A stretch of DNA of 64,000 nt, taken from contig OX597817.1 of NCBI GenBank assembly GCA_951406725.2, positions 6,138,001 to 6,202,000 of the forward strand. Direction: 5' to 3'. The stretch comes from Octopus vulgaris. Its lineage: Eukaryota. A program made the translations under genes and the position numbers. Of the stretch, positions 26,437-41,130 are shown one piece after another (the stretch's first letter is position 1; every line of letters starts with the position of its first letter). The notes under the pieces were generated by a model that worked only from the letters and a program-made list of their open reading frames with translations, was not told where the DNA came from and did not search any database.

Positions 26437-26825
26437 GGAGGCGATATGGCCCAGTGGTTACGGCAGCGGACTCGCGGTCATAGGATCGCGGTTTCGATTC
26501 CCAGACCAGGCGTTGTGAGTGTTTATTGAGCGAAAACACCTAAAGCTCCACGAGGCTCCGGCAGGGGATGGTAGTGATCCCTGCTGTACTCTTTAACCAC
26601 AACTTTCTCTCACTCTTACTTCCTGTTTCTGTTGTACCTGTATTTCAAAGGGCCGGCCTTGTCACTCTCTGTGTCACGCTGAATATCCCCGAGAACTACG
26701 TTAAGGGTACACGTGTCTGTGGAGTGCTCAGCCACTTACACGTTAATTTCACGAGCAGGCTGTTCCGTTGATTCGGATCAACCGGAACCCTCATCGTCGT
26801 AACCGACGGAGTGCTTCCAAAAACA
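26437..26825 (+). mobile_element. tRNA-derived SINE family C with 10-bp TSD
   Basis: A box TGGCCCAGTGG, B box GGTTTCGATTCCC. TSD aatctcatac at 26427-26436 and 26826-26835. Confidence 0.85.
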
Positions 26826-28036
26826 AATCTCATACACAGGTTAATCGCGTGAAAATCGAACTATCTACACTATTCAGTTAATCTGAATCGGTTGTACCAC
26901 CTTAGTTTGCAATGTTGCGTTCTTCATCAGAATGAATTAAAGGTAATTTGATATCGGATTCAATTAAGAAAGATTTAATAATATGTGGTATTTTTCTCTT
27001 TTATAGAGATAGCATCATAAAATTTAATTTGGATAAAAACAAAACTGTGAAGTTTCGAACTTAAACATTCTACAAGGGTGGATCTATATAACGTTTACGA
27101 CGATATGTTATAGTCACTTACAAATAGCTACTTCGAAGTTCATATATAATAGATACGAAGGCAAGTGCGTTAATATTTTTAACACGGTATTTTGTGTCCC
27201 CAATTTGTTCTTTGCTTAGTCAGACACGGAAAGCCATGATTATGACATCTTGCGAGGCCTTGAAAACTGGTGACGCGAAAAGGAGGACGAAACTCTAGTT
27301 CATAGATCACTGCAGTAAAAGCCAACATATTTTCAGACAGAGGACCTCAAAAATGCTTGCCCAAGAGTGGTCTTCGATAAAAGAAGTTTAATTCGAGTGA
27401 CAGATGACATCTACAAACTCAAATCATTTAAAGTCTGTTCAACACGATTCAATCTATTCAATTTCACTTGAATCATCTCAGAAATAAGAAAGAAATAATC
27501 AGACGAACATACTTTGAAATATGATGGAACTCTGAACGGCATATGCAAAATAAACATTTCAAGGAACAAGTTTTTAAAGATTTTTTATATCGGATTTGGG
27601 ATTTAGCCCATTCGGACAAAATAAAGTATTTTAATGGCCTTAGCTCAATGTCGTACTAGTTGTGTCCTTTAAATTCTTTAACCCGCTCTTTCCATAGATA
27701 AAAATACCAATTCACTGGTCGTAGCCTAAAAAGTATGTTCTCACACACTGTTGGCTACGGATAAAAATAGCATGAAGTAATGTATAGTCATTTTCAGTGT
27801 TCAAGTATCCCCTTAGAAGTCAGAAATACCACAAATTGGTAGCTTTTCAATCATATTCAATTTCAATTGAGGATTGATTGTTTACTTTTTAAAACTTCCT
27901 TCTTTTACACACACACATTCGCATTCGCGCACACACACGCACATACACACGCACTCATACTCACACACGCTCATGAATACACACTAATGTAAGAGCAGGC
28001 ACACACACAGGCTCACTCACACAAAGTAACACAAAC

Positions 28037-28113
<77 letters not shown>

Positions 28114-28192
28114 CTCGTGTGTGTGTATGCATGCATCAATGTAACTATATTTTTTGTTTGTGTATGTATGTATATATGTATGTATGTATAAA

Positions 28193-28239
<47 letters not shown>

Positions 28240-28603
28240 ATATGGATGTATATATATGGATATATGTATAAATATATTTAAATTCATATACACATAAGCA
28301 CACACACACACACACACAAACGCATATACATATATGTACCCAATACGTATATGATACATACATATGTACATAAATAGTTATACCATTTCTAGCATTTCTA
28401 TAGACAGTATTTCAAGCTGAAGAGGATTGTTGTCTTATGTAAGCCGATTACGGTAAGATTTCTTAATTTATTTCCGGGATATCGCATTCACTCGAGTGGG
28501 TGAAGCAATTAACCAACAGTTATTTACAATGGCGTTTGAAATGAAAACTTTTAGGAAAAATATGAATAAGAACCAAAAGAGCAAAGGACGAAATATACTA
28601 AAT

Positions 28604-28762
<159 letters not shown>

Positions 28763-29658
28763 ATGTATGCATGCGAACTATTTGAAGTGGTGTGTATATG
28801 TATGCACAAACACACATATACATAAACACACACACACACACACACATATGTGTATATATATATATATATATATATGATGCTGTAGACAGATAGATAGATA
28901 AATAGATAGATGAGAAACAAAATATAAATAGATATATACATACATAAATGCGTTCGTGTGTGTTTATGCGTGTGTGTGTGCGTGTGTGTATGTTTGTGTG
29001 TTTAGGTGTGTGCGTGCACATGCGTGTGTATCTGTGTGTCTGCGTGTTTGTGTGTATGTGTGTATCACGACTCGAAACCGCTGTCAAGGAGGTCCTATAA
29101 TCGATAATGTTTCTTCTCGAGTATATTTTCAAATATGAAGTGGTTCACTTCACAGATAATTTCTCCTAAGCACCGAGAATTTTACTCTTTCAGAAGTGGT
29201 AACAACAACTACAATCACACACATAATAATTATAAAAGAACAGAAAAAATATAAAATAGATACAAGAAGACAAAAAAGCAGCAACAGGGAAGTAATAATT
29301 ATAACCATGGATGTGGATATTTTACGAACTAGGGACATTTTATAAATTATACACAATTTTCGTAATTATATGTACGAGTCTGTGTGTGTGCGTGTGTATG
29401 TGTGTGCTTGTGTATGTGTAAATATATATATGCGTAAGTATATATATTATATATATGTATATGGGATATATATATATATCATACAAACACAACACACACA
29501 CATATATACACACACATATATATATACATATCACGCCCACATCACGAAAGAAGACCCAAAGTGAAGCAGCTTCATCGAAAAGCAGTACTAAAAGGAAACT
29601 CAAAAAGTACCGAAGGATTATGATGTTTTTCGATGCCATTAAGGAAATGAAAGTATAC

Positions 29659-29785
29659 CAACCACATGGGTCCGGGTTCAGTCCCGCTGCGTTGCACTTT
29701 GGTCAAGTGTCTTCTACTATAGCCTCGGGCCGACCAAACCATTGTGAATGGATTTAGTAGAAAGAAACTAAAAGAAGCCTGTCGT
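29659..29785 (+). mobile_element. SINE family A fragment
   Basis: ccaaccacatgggtccgggttcagtccc...aaagaagcctgtcg matches family A. Confidence 0.75.
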
Positions 29786-30164
29786 TTTTTCCGTCCTTGT
29801 TTTGTATACATTCGTTGCTTTCTTTCAAGGAATGTAATGCTCTTAGCTTAGTTTTTCCTTGGGGCTGGCCAGACTGGAGCAATCTCGAGTATAACCAGCC
29901 GAAATTGTAAAGATAATCTGGAACTCGACTTGGGATAGAAAACTCCGAATGAGCCGTCCTTGTTTTCCTTGTATCGTCTGTCTGGATATTTTGTTTTCCT
30001 TGTTTTGTTTCAGCTAACTTTCTGAATGTTTTGCGTTTTTGTCCCATTTTTGTATTTTTTATATACGGCATACATACACTTTGGTGTCAACAGATGAAGA
30101 TTGTCAGAATAGAAGCTGTTAAAGCTTACCATAATCCTTATTACAAATTCCATACTTCATGACC

Positions 30165-30166
<2 letters not shown>

Positions 30167-30221
<55 letters not shown>

Positions 30222-30351
30222 TATGTATATTTGTATATATATCTATATATGCATATATATGTATATATATATATATATGTATATATATGTATATATATGT
30301 ATGTATATATGTACATTTATATATATATATATCTGTATATACATGTATATA

Positions 30352-30400
<49 letters not shown>

Positions 30401-30427
30401 GTATATGTATATATATGTATATATATT

Positions 30428-30475
<48 letters not shown>
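30167..30475. repeat. Imperfect (TA)n/(TATG) tract
   Basis: Seen directly. Confidence 0.9.
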
Positions 30476-30478
<3 letters not shown>

Positions 30479-30879
30479 CCCACAAATTGCAGTGTTTCAT
30501 GTCAGTAAAAATACAGTGTCACAATGTTCATCATACGCAACATTAATATATTTGTAATGCAATCAAATTTTTAAAATTTTACACGCCTCCTCTTATAGTT
30601 TACGAGTCCATCTTTCCAAAATAAATTTAATGCCAGACGATATATTCAAAACTGGTGCAAACCTATTTAATAGGAAAAGTGGAAACAATATTTTTATGTC
30701 TGCCATTAATAAAGACATACTGATATATGAACTTATTGCATATGTAAGTATATGAATACATGGATTGTATAAGTTAGTGTACTGTATAGGTAAATATGTA
30801 TGCATGTGTGTATTTGTACAACTTTATTTGCGTGTGTGAGTGTACTGTTTATGTACTTTACCGACTGAATGCGTGTGTA

Positions 30880-32210
30880 GTGCCTAGTAGTGATATTTTC
30901 CGTGTGATATATATATACTTGTAAATCCTGGTGTCTTTGCTGTGTATTTGTCTGAATGTTTATATTTATCATACCTAATGCGCCTACTATGATAGGAATT
31001 GTTTCCTTTTGTAGACTCCATGTTCGAGTTACCTCTATTTCCAGAAATTTGTATTTTGAAAGTTTCTCCGTTTCTTTTTGAGAAACGTTGTCATCCGTTG
31101 GTATTGATAGATCGATCAGACAGCTTTTTTTCTTGGTGATCTCTGACGAGTATATCCGGCCTATTGGCCTTAATTTCTCTATCTCCTTGTATTGGCATAT
31201 CCCAGAGTATAGTTGCTTTCTCATTTTTTGCAACTGTTGTTATTCTATTGTATTGGCATAGCTTCAGCGACAGAGTTGGGACCTTCTCCATCTCCACATA
31301 TTTTGCAGTTACTTGTAGTTCCTTTCATTACCTGTCTGATCTTGGCTTTGATCTTTTGCTGCAATTAAAAATACTTCAGGCTCTGTTTTGATTCCTGAGC
31401 TTCTCAGCCATTGCCGGGATTTTGCTTTATCTATTTGTTATCTGTTTAGTGTAACCCAACATTTGCCATGAAGCGGCTTTCCTTGCCATCGTTTTATCCC
31501 GATGCGTTGCTGTTCCAGTTTTAGTTTGGATTTCAGTTGGTTTGCAGCTTTTGTTGTTTTTTCTTTTCTTCGTAGTTAGGTACTATGACTTATTGTTTGT
31601 ATTTATCAGCTTCCTTAATGTCTGAAACAATTACCTTTCCTGTTCGTGTTTTATGGCTATCTGAGCTTTCCGTACTTCTGAAGTAGGTATTTCTGTTGTC
31701 CATTGGTAGTTATTTTGCAATGGTTTTCTAGCTGTATAAAACCTTTACTACCTTCGATACCTTTTTATGTCAGATTTTGTGTGGTGCATCTTAAATCTCA
31801 TTATTATCATTTTTTTATCTTCCTGTCTATTTTGATTTGTTCATTGAGAGTCCAGTTATGCATATTGTAGCTGTAACTTATAACTAGGATAGCAAGAGTG
31901 TTGATACCTATTATCTTGTTTTTCGCATTGACTCGTCTATGATATTCTTTTTTTATCTTCTCTTTCATTTGTATGTTTTATAGAGAATCTGGTTCATTTA
32001 TTCCTAAGTATTTGTATCTCTGGATTTTGCCTAATTCTCTTATTTCATTTGCTTTATCTACTATGATGTTGCTACTCTTAACTAGTTTTTCGCTTTTCAG
32101 GGTTGCTTTGGCACGTTTCTCTAATCCAAATTTCATTTTTATTTCTTTGGTAAATCCATTTAATACCTGTAGTAATGTTTCCAACCGTGTATTATTTCTA
32201 GCGTAATGTT
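30880..32210 (-). mobile_element. R4/Dong-type non-LTR element relic (end of RT and restriction-like endonuclease)
   Basis: MKFGLEK.AK and YKYLGINE (RT thumb region). ILWDMPIQ.DREIKANRPDI, IDLSIPTD.NV..KE.EKLSKYK and PIIVGALG (PD-(D/E)xK RLE). Confidence 0.8.
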
Positions 32211-32249
32211 TTAGATCCCATCATACTCCTCTGGAACTTCACCAATCAA

Positions 32250-32570
32250 ACTTGCAGAAAGATAGATGCGAATAGGCCAGACATTATATTGAAAGACTTC
32301 AGACAAAAATCATGCGCCCTCATTTATATGACTGCCCCAATCGGCATAAATATATCTATCATGACATACCAAAAACGGAGCAAATATAAAGATCTTGAAA
32401 TAGAAATTGGCAAAATGTGGAACCTCAACACTAAAGCAATACGTGTTGTTATAAGTGTCTTGGGAATGATAGCAAAAGGTACTGATTCCTACCTAGCTCA
32501 TGAATCCTCAAAATGGTAAAAATTCAAAATCGTGCACACAAGAACTACCCATATCCTAAGTAAAATCTAT
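32250..32570 (+). mobile_element. Second RLE-type non-LTR 3' fragment in opposite orientation
   Basis: IDANRPDIILKD...QKRSKYKDLEIEIGKMWNL...VVISVLGMI. Confidence 0.75.
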
Positions 32571-32592
32571 GTAAACACAAAGTTTAAAACAA

Positions 32593-32707
32593 TTTCTTCT
32601 TCTTCTTCTTCTTCTTCTTCTTCTTCTTCTTCTTCTTCTTCTTCTTCTTCTTCTTCTTCTTCTTCTTCTTCTTCTTCTTCTTCTTCTTCTTCTTCTTCTT
32701 CTTCTTC
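32593..32707. repeat. (TTC)n microsatellite
   Basis: Seen directly. It explains the poly-Ser ORF. Confidence 0.95.
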
Positions 32708-33787
32708 CTTTTATTATTATTATTTTTTTTTCTTATAAAGTTTCATTGCAGACTTCGCCAAAATTTTTATTTGATCTCTTGGTCGCAATGCACACGAAAA
32801 TATTGTGAAACGATAATTTATTGCGTAATGTCTACCGAGCAAAAATTACTGTTCGTCCGTAATTGATATACTGGACCAAAACTCCAAAAATGGAGGCTGC
32901 AGCTGCACAGGTGACCAGACAATTGGGACTGATTCCAATATACATGACTCATGAAATTAAGGAAGTGGCGAAATTTCGTTGATGCAAGTGCGTGTGATAT
33001 CGTTATTCAGTACTGAAAAGTCCATCGTTCGTCTGAGGTTTGAACAAGTTCATGTTTTGCCTTACATTGATCTTGAATTACAGTGAATTACAAAGTATCA
33101 TCTCTAATTTCCTAGACCAGTATCAAGGCGGTCGAAGGGGACCAAAAGCGTATTAATCAGAGTAATTATCGTGTCCGGCCGTCCACTGAAATAGGCATCT
33201 GCAAAGTCGTGACTGTTTATCATCTTCTTGCCCGTTGGAAATTGGTGGCTTGTTTTTTCCCCGGTAGATTCCATATTGATCAGGCTTCACAAGTGTGTTA
33301 TGATAAGCCGATACAGATATCCACTGAAAGCTTAAAGCTTAGTGTATTACACTCAACCTGGCTTAACCGGTTTACCAGAACCGTTGCCTTGCAGGTGACG
33401 CACTTCCATGTGAAGACAGTTCTTAGAGATACAGCTAAGAGCTTGGTTCCTGGTAGAGTTAAATGGCTTGCAAGATTTACGGGGAAAGATATATCAGAGC
33501 ACCTAACAACTGTATTCATTCTTCTCAGAAAAATAATTAGCAAAGCACGATAAAACAAGAGCCCTAAGCAGTTGGATTTTAATATTGATATGGCGTCCCC
33601 AAATAAATATTACTGTTATTCCACTTCATCTCTCGTCGTAAGAATCCTTAATATAATCAGATTTTGAATATTATTGAGGAAATCTCTTTAAATTTGTCTA
33701 TCCATTACACAAACATCCAACTTCAGAGAAGTCATCTAGCATGACCTGCTAACAGATTGAGATTCTTTCAAGTTAACTATCGAGCAG

Positions 33788-33880
<93 letters not shown>

Positions 33881-33900
33881 AGATATAGCTAGCTAGCTAG

Positions 33901-33937
<37 letters not shown>

Positions 33938-33938
33938 G

Positions 33939-33993
<55 letters not shown>

Positions 33994-34031
33994 GTCTGTC
34001 TAACTAACTATCTATCTATTTATCTATGTAT

Positions 34032-34076
<45 letters not shown>
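33788..34076. repeat. (TCTA)n / (TA)n compound microsatellite
   Basis: Seen directly. Confidence 0.93.
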
Positions 34077-35082
34077 AATTTTCCACATAGTTATCGGTAT
34101 GGCAGTTTGTCAACTTATTTTTCAATATTCCTATCGCATTCCATCTAGACTTTTGTTTATATGATTGCCTTAAAACCTGTCATATCTGTATGTTTTAGTG
34201 ATTAACTCTGGATAATTGCCCATTGTCTTAAATCTCTCTCTGTCTCACATGTGAACATATATGTATATACATATCACTAAATTGTGTGCGTGCACATGCA
34301 TGTATCTGTGTGAGATTGCCGGTGTAGATATGTACGCATGATTGCGTGTATATGAGGGTGTATATCTGTGAACTGCATTTTTTATTTATGCAGCTTTCAA
34401 TGAAAATACGTCTGGTATGTGTCACTATGAATTATCAATTGTCGCTTTGTTGTGCTTTAATATAATATATTTCATGTCTGCGTGTCTATGTCCGTGTGTG
34501 ACATATTTTCAAAGATGTAAATATACTTATATAAGCCAAGAATTTCTGATTTCTACGCACTTATGTTGTGTATGCTTTATGTAATGTATTACATTGCAAT
34601 ACATCATACACACATTAATAAACATAGCTACATAAACATTCGCATTGAAACATATTCACACAAGCACGCACACATATATACGTTACTAGCCTCCTGGTCT
34701 TTCAGTTCGAATTAAAGTAATGGTCATCTGGTATGAATGATGTAGCGTAGCTTCATGTATTCCTCTGCATGTATATTGCACCACTGTGTTTGGAACATTC
34801 ATCTGGTCCAAGGATGTCTTTAGCTAAGATTTGATCTGTTGCAGATATTCTGACATGGCAAATGGATGGGACTTCACGTGAGGTCTGAACGCATGGGGAA
34901 TATCTTCACTTCCCCAAATTAACGAACTTCACTACTAAACCGGCTGGTAAATGATGTCTCCTTTTCCCCCAAATCCCCAGTTTTTTTTAAAATTTCATTT
35001 TCATCGTGTTTCTGAACATCTTTAACTATTGTATTAAGTCATGAGTTTTTGTTATATTTTGGTATCTTATATGCTTTATTCG

Positions 35083-35660
35083 TCAAATAACAACAAAATT
35101 AGTGTAGCATGCATAGTAGAGGGAATCGTGTTGCACCGTCTGAAGCCAACTTTTTGCCAGTTCTTTGATTCCATGCTGATACCAGTTCTTATCCTTCGAA
35201 GTGAAGAGCTCCTCTGAAACTGTCACCTCATTTTCGTTAATGAAGCGACTCGAGCGCTGGAAGAGAGCCATGAATTGCAACAAGTAATAATCCGATAGAG
35301 CTAGCTCTGGACTATATGCTTAGTGTGCAGTTTATTCTAAGCTGTTCCAGTGATATGAAGTCTGGCGTTGTCTTGCTGTTGTAGGCCAATCTTTCTGTTA
35401 ATCAACGCCTGTTATTTTGCCACACATTAGTATACATCTGCTCCAGCCGCTTATAAATGTTAGGCTTGTTCAAAGATATATGCTTCAGATTATATTTGTT
35501 TCGAAAAACGGTTCCCTTCCTGCGCTCGCGACGCTTCATGTATCAAGAGGAGGTGAAATCTTTAGAAGGAAAAGAAATGGTATCCGCGTGGGATCAAAGA
35601 ACTAGCAGAAAGAAGTTTCAGATGATACAACACGACGGCTTCTACATTGAATTCTAGGTT
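35083..35660 (-). mobile_element. Mariner transposase relic
   Basis: Minus strand reads AYSPELALSDYYLL (cf. YSPDLAPSDY.LF) and WYQHGIKELAKSW. Confidence 0.7.
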
Positions 35661-37464
35661 ACTTTTGTTGTACCTTGACGAATAAAGAAAATAGTTTACC
35701 AAAATATTGCATTACACTTGTCTCATCCCAATCATATGCACGTTAATGATGCCAACTCTTACAACTACTCATGGGATTTATACTTATCTCATTCTGATAT
35801 CTGCGATTCTCAACTCTCTACATCAACTTGCTTTATCTAATACATGCACATAAGACCAGCATTCCAAAGAGCCCAATCACTTTCATTTTACATACAAACA
35901 CAAACTCCTGTACACTATAACTGTCATTGTACCTATCTTTGCGCCCAACCATTGCTTCATCAACGATTACTCAACATACATCCAGTTGCCACACAATAAT
36001 CCGCACCCTGTTAAACGCTTGACTGTTCGTAGATATCTCGTATTATACAAATAATTGCTTATATCAAGGAAACATAATCACTCCCTTAAAACATGAGCAG
36101 AATGCAACTGAAGGCTTTACATCTCTCAAAACGTTTACCAAACACAACTACATCAAACATTAGACCTGTCTGGATAGTTGTTAGACACATAATGACATGA
36201 GGCATCTTTCAAAGCATTGCTTCGACCAAAAACGTAGCCTTTATTGCAGTGCCCAGAAAGCCGGCCTTCATGAATTTCCAAGCTACTTAAATCTATTCTG
36301 CAGTCTAAACAAGGTGGGTAAACTGCTTCAATATCACCTGTGTTAGACGGTTTGCACAGGCCATGATCATTGCCTTTCGTTTAGAGATCAATGTATACTA
36401 ACTTCTTCGATATTATTAGCAGAGGTACACAAAATTAAATTTGTGTGTGTATGTGTGAATGAGAATGAGAGAAGAGAAGGAGAGAGGGTGACAGAGAAAG
36501 AGTGAGATTCCTACCTGTTATTGGTGAAAGCATCTCGATTGAGGTCAACCCAAGAAAGGTACATGTGTGTGCGCGTGCGTGTGTGCGCGTATACATCTAC
36601 ATGTATACGCAGATGCATATATATCTTTATATCATATATATAAATGTGTGTATGTGTGAGTGTGTGTGTTTGTGTGTGAGTGTGTGAGGTGTCTTTGTGT
36701 ATATATACACATACATGCACGCACTTACAGATACACAAACACACATATATACATACATATAGATATATATGTACATATACATATAAATGAATGTGCGTGT
36801 GCATGTGTGTGTGATATGTGTTTCATTAAATATTGTATTTAAATTGTTCTTCTTTTATTTAACATTCTTTGTATTTCCTTATTACTTATTTTAGATAATT
36901 TAGATCAATAAATTTCTTGAATTCATATTCGACTTTTCCAAACATTCGTAAGTCTCATTTAGGGAATTGTAATGGATTTGGCGTCTGCATTATTTCTTAT
37001 ATAAAGGTTGAATTCCTATAAAATTTTTCGGTAGAGGACTTCGACTGTTTTGCGTCTGAGTCGGCTGTCATGTGTCTATTCATTTTGTTTTTGGTGTTGC
37101 AGAGGTAGAAAAATGTACATGGATTCAGCCAGAATGAAAGAAAATAGCAACAAAGACGCCAAGGCCATTTCAGTTTTGAAAATACGACTGTGCTAGTTTA
37201 GAAGCGTCTAATATGGATGTAGGGACTTTGTTGTTCTAAACTCGGTGCTACAAAAAAAAATGAATAACGTTTAATAGAAAATGTGAGTAGTTTTTAACGT
37301 AAATACTAAGGTTTCACCACAATCGTGTAATTAAGGAACCATGCATAGAAGCGGTGTTCCTAGCATATATTCGAATATAAGCTAGACAGATAATTATATA
37401 CATACATACACGCGCAGACATGTATGTGTATGTATGTGTATGTATGTGTATTTGGGGGTATGCA

Positions 37465-37700
37465 GTTGGGTACTCGGATCGGTTGGTGTGTCGTTGTTCT
37501 TGAGCAAAGCACTATGGTTTGCGATCACTTCGAACTCTACGTACAACACGCCGAGCACCTGTACAAGTTATGTCGACTTAATAGAGAGAAGGAGCTAATG
37601 TGCCACACAAACATTTTTCATTAGTAGATCACATGTGCAGTTTGTAGAGAAATATTTGGTGGAACACTTACCTGTCAATAACAACAGGAGAATCAGAACG
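37465..37700 (+). mobile_element. Old SINE-like repeat (family E)
   Basis: Shares tgcgatcacttcga, gcacctgt and ggagctaat blocks with 46365-46650. Confidence 0.5.
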
Positions 37701-38049
37701 ATACTCACTAGTCTTTTATCTTTTACTTCTTTCACTGATTGGACTGGGACTATACTGAGGCAAGCCTTGACGGGTGTAGTCTGACAGATCGAACCACTTT
37801 ATGTATTTTTATTTTAAGTCTGGTATTTATTCTTCTACTAGCACATCCAGCTGGATTCAGATGGATTCTTCGCCAAAAGAATCGTAACTGACAACGTGAA
37901 CACAAGAGGGTCTAACAAAGAATTTAGAAATGTAATTCACCTTAACGTTGACTTCAGTGTATGCTGTGGGCACACGCATGTAAGAGTATGAGAGGGAGAA
38001 AGGATAACACATACACATTTATATATAAGTATATATACACGTGTATATA

Positions 38050-39300
38050 AATCTGTCCCTTCTAAATTTCTGTTCACTCTTGATATCAGGAGTCTGTATA
38101 CGGCGATCTTACACAACGAAGGACTTCTTACGCTGAAACACTTTCTGGACCTTCGACCTGACCTCAAACCTCACACCTCTACACTCCTTCGTCTGGCCGA
38201 ACTTGTTCTCTCCTTCAACTGCTTCTCGTTCGAAGAGGATTTTTACCAACAGTCTCGGGGGTGGCCATGGGAACTATGCGAAACCGTTCGTTGGCTTTTG
38301 AGGCCCAAATATTCTCAGAGTTCATTGGTCCTATTCCCGAAATATACGGTCTTTATATCGATGACTGTATCGGTGCGACCTCACTCTCCCGCGAACAACT
38401 AAACACCTTCCTCTCTTTTGTCCAATCCTTCCAGTCTGCCCTCGAATTCTCCTGCATTATATCTACACTTGCATTGAATTTCTCGACATTTCTGTCAGAA
38501 TACACCACTCTCACTACATCCATCCACTACAAACTCACCGAATCATACTCCTTCTCACACAAAGCTCTCCATCCCCTACTCCAAATTTCTCCGTCTGCGC
38601 AGGCTCTGCAGTGACAACCATGATTCTGAGACTCAGTCACAACTCATGGATCGCCACTTAATCCTACGTGGATATACTCTCACCACTATATACACCTCCC
38701 TTGTCAGAGCACGATCTCTGGACCGTGTCTCTGCTCTTTTTCCTCGTACCCGCGCAGCCGCTGTCTGTCTCCAGATTTCCCTTATGTACAACTCCTCAAC
38801 CCTGCTCCTCTAATAAACCATTCTCTGAGCCTTCCCCAAACATCCCTTTCCCTCCTTGAAATGAGCTTATAAGCTGCGTGACCTCCTGATCCATAGTGTT
38901 TTCCCTATACCCACCTCCCAGCCTGGCTCGTTCCCATAATCCCGCCCAACCTGCCGCACTTGTCCCTACCTCTCCAACACCATCATCCTCACAATCACCC
39001 ATCTTCGTCCCTATCATATCACCGACTCCTTTATCCGAACTTCTAGTAACATAATTCAATACTTCTCCTGCTCTCTCTGACCGGTTCACGGAGCAACTCC
39101 GAGGCATCGGACTCGGCAATGACACCCCGGTCTCGCACCATTTCCGCTCTCCCGGTCATTCGTTACAACATATGTCTGTGTTCGGACTGTCTTTGCACAG
39201 GAGCACTCTGGACTCCTGCCTTCGCTGTGAACTGGAATTAAGCTTCTCTCTTCGCTCCTTTGTACGACATGTGCTCCGCTCGCTTCCTATCTTCATCTGA
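38050..39300 (+). mobile_element. Degenerate Penelope-like element (RT and C-terminal endonuclease region)
   Basis: GVAMGT, LYIDDCIG, SIPYSKFLRLRRLCS, and RFTEQLR...PVSHHF typical of the GIY-YIG C-terminus. Frameshifted. Confidence 0.78.
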
Positions 39301-40454
39301 CAGCAACATCACCTCCTCTCTTTATTTGATACCATCTCCACACCACTCCACACACATTAGCACTGACCACTTCCCAGCAGCCACACCACACGCTATCATC
39401 CACATACCCACTCACAATCTTCAGTAGCATCACCACACATGCCACTATCTGAGCAGTCACACACATGGTTTGAACTCAACACACACACCACATATGAACA
39501 TCATGCACACTCACACACCCACACTTGCACATAAAACCTGAACACAGACAATATATACCCCGACACCCACACAAGCATATAATACCTGAAGATAGGCTAT
39601 ATATACCTACATACGCAACACGCATTAACACACGCAACATAAATAGACCAAGTTAACTTTTGCCCACATATAGACACCATATACATGCACACTATTTGGT
39701 TACACACACACAAATATGCATACACCTCGTGAAGAAGCACACATCAACTGTTAACACCACACAAACACGTTACACACGCACACAATCACACACGTTGTCA
39801 CTTGGCACTGTTCACTGACGTCACATAATTCCAAACCAATCAAAACCAAACTTCAACGAATACAAGGAAAAGAGCCTTTAAGAGAACCAACGAACCGGAA
39901 CGATCTATAACTGTATCCTGCAAGGAAACCAACCAAGCAGAACGACAAGCTTGACCACGGAAGAAAAACGTCATCAATTTTTTAACGAATCAAAATCAGA
40001 TCTGCTCGCAGAAAGAAATTTATAAATACATCTTTCGCTGAAAACATACTATTGCAAGCGGAAGCGACTGTTTAAAGATATGAGAAACTGTAATTCCCCC
40101 CACCCCCACCCTTTTTTACTATTTTAATTCTCACACTGGATTTTTTCAGTATGATTTGTCGACCACCACTGAAATCAATGAACCTTGTACATTCTAATAA
40201 ATTAATATACAGTTTTAATTTCAAACTTACACCTTCTATTTTGAACATGATAATTTATCAACATTGAAACATTTCAGTTTGTCAACATTGAAACATTTTG
40301 ATTTGTCAACATTGAAACTCATAACTATGTTTTTTCTAATTTTACACTCTTACCATTGATAAACAAAAAATATTGTTGAAACTAGTTTGAAATTAAGTGC
40401 ATTTTCAGCAACACATTTTCTTATATGTATATATATATATTTATATATATATTT

Positions 40455-40675
40455 TCGGTCTTTCAAAGTGTGACCTCGTGTGTACAGTTGGCGATTTTTT
40501 CCTCTGTCTTCCCTTCTCTAGATCTTTCCTTCTCCTATGTTTCCGACGAAGAGCTCCGCTCGAAACGTTAAGCCCTCCTTTTTTCCTTCTTTCCTGAGCG
40601 TCCAATAATACTATATTTGTTCCACGTCCTCGCGTTGTTGTGTTTTTTTGTACTTTCTTGTTTGGATTAACTTCA
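40455..40675 (+). mobile_element. PLE pseudo-LTR-like segment with an HHR-like motif at 40539-40573
   Basis: gttt CCGACGA a gagc tcc gctc GAAA CG TT aagc: hammerhead topology with one core change. It lies downstream of the PLE relic. Confidence 0.55.
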
Positions 40676-40815
40676 TATATAACAATTAAGGGTGGGTGTT
40701 ACTGTAGCTTGTAGCCCCAGGAGAACATCGTCTCCAGCTGGCTTTAGGCAAACTTTCAGTGCCCTTATGGTATTTGCAAAGGGAGGTCACCCTTCCCTCG
40801 TCAACCTAAGTGATA

Positions 40816-40860
40816 CGCACGGACTGCAGTTTCTAGGTTTTGGCCTGTCATCAGCGTACG
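40816..40860 (-). ncRNA. Minimal type I hammerhead ribozyme motif, canonical core
   Basis: Minus strand: cgtacg CTGATGA c agg ccaaaa cct a GAAA ctgcag TC cgtgcg. Stem I has 6 bp (one G-U), stem III is the palindrome actgcagt, and the cleavage triplet is GUC. Confidence 0.75.
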
Positions 40861-41130
40861 ACAATCACCGGTTTTCGATTAATTCTTTATTATGATTATA
40901 AAATCAGTACATAGAAGAACAATACAGGACATACATACAAAAAACAGTTATGTGGTTCGTTTAAAAATTTCCAAAATATATGGATTATTCATTATACAAA
41001 AAGCTGTATTTAAATTGTCCTTTGCATTGACTAATATAACATTACATTAGATTGAAATCTTACCGATATATTTTAAACCCCGGCAACCTATAAGGCCCCG
41101 CAGCTTCCCTTTCCCCTTCTCCATCCATAG

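Noticed and set aside
26437-26510. tRNA gene candidates here and at 63548-63620
   Set aside because: No complete cloverleaf. They continue into SINE bodies, with a TSD for the first, so they are SINE heads.
27262-27305. Weak HHR-like strings here (ctggtga...gaaactctagtt) and near 30090-30125 and 24465-24495
   Set aside because: The cores are altered and stems I and II do not pair, so they are too degraded to call.
33000-33640. Possible old RT relic on the minus strand, and RTE-like traces at 35720-36420
   Set aside because: Only scattered 3-5 residue motif matches, not enough to call.
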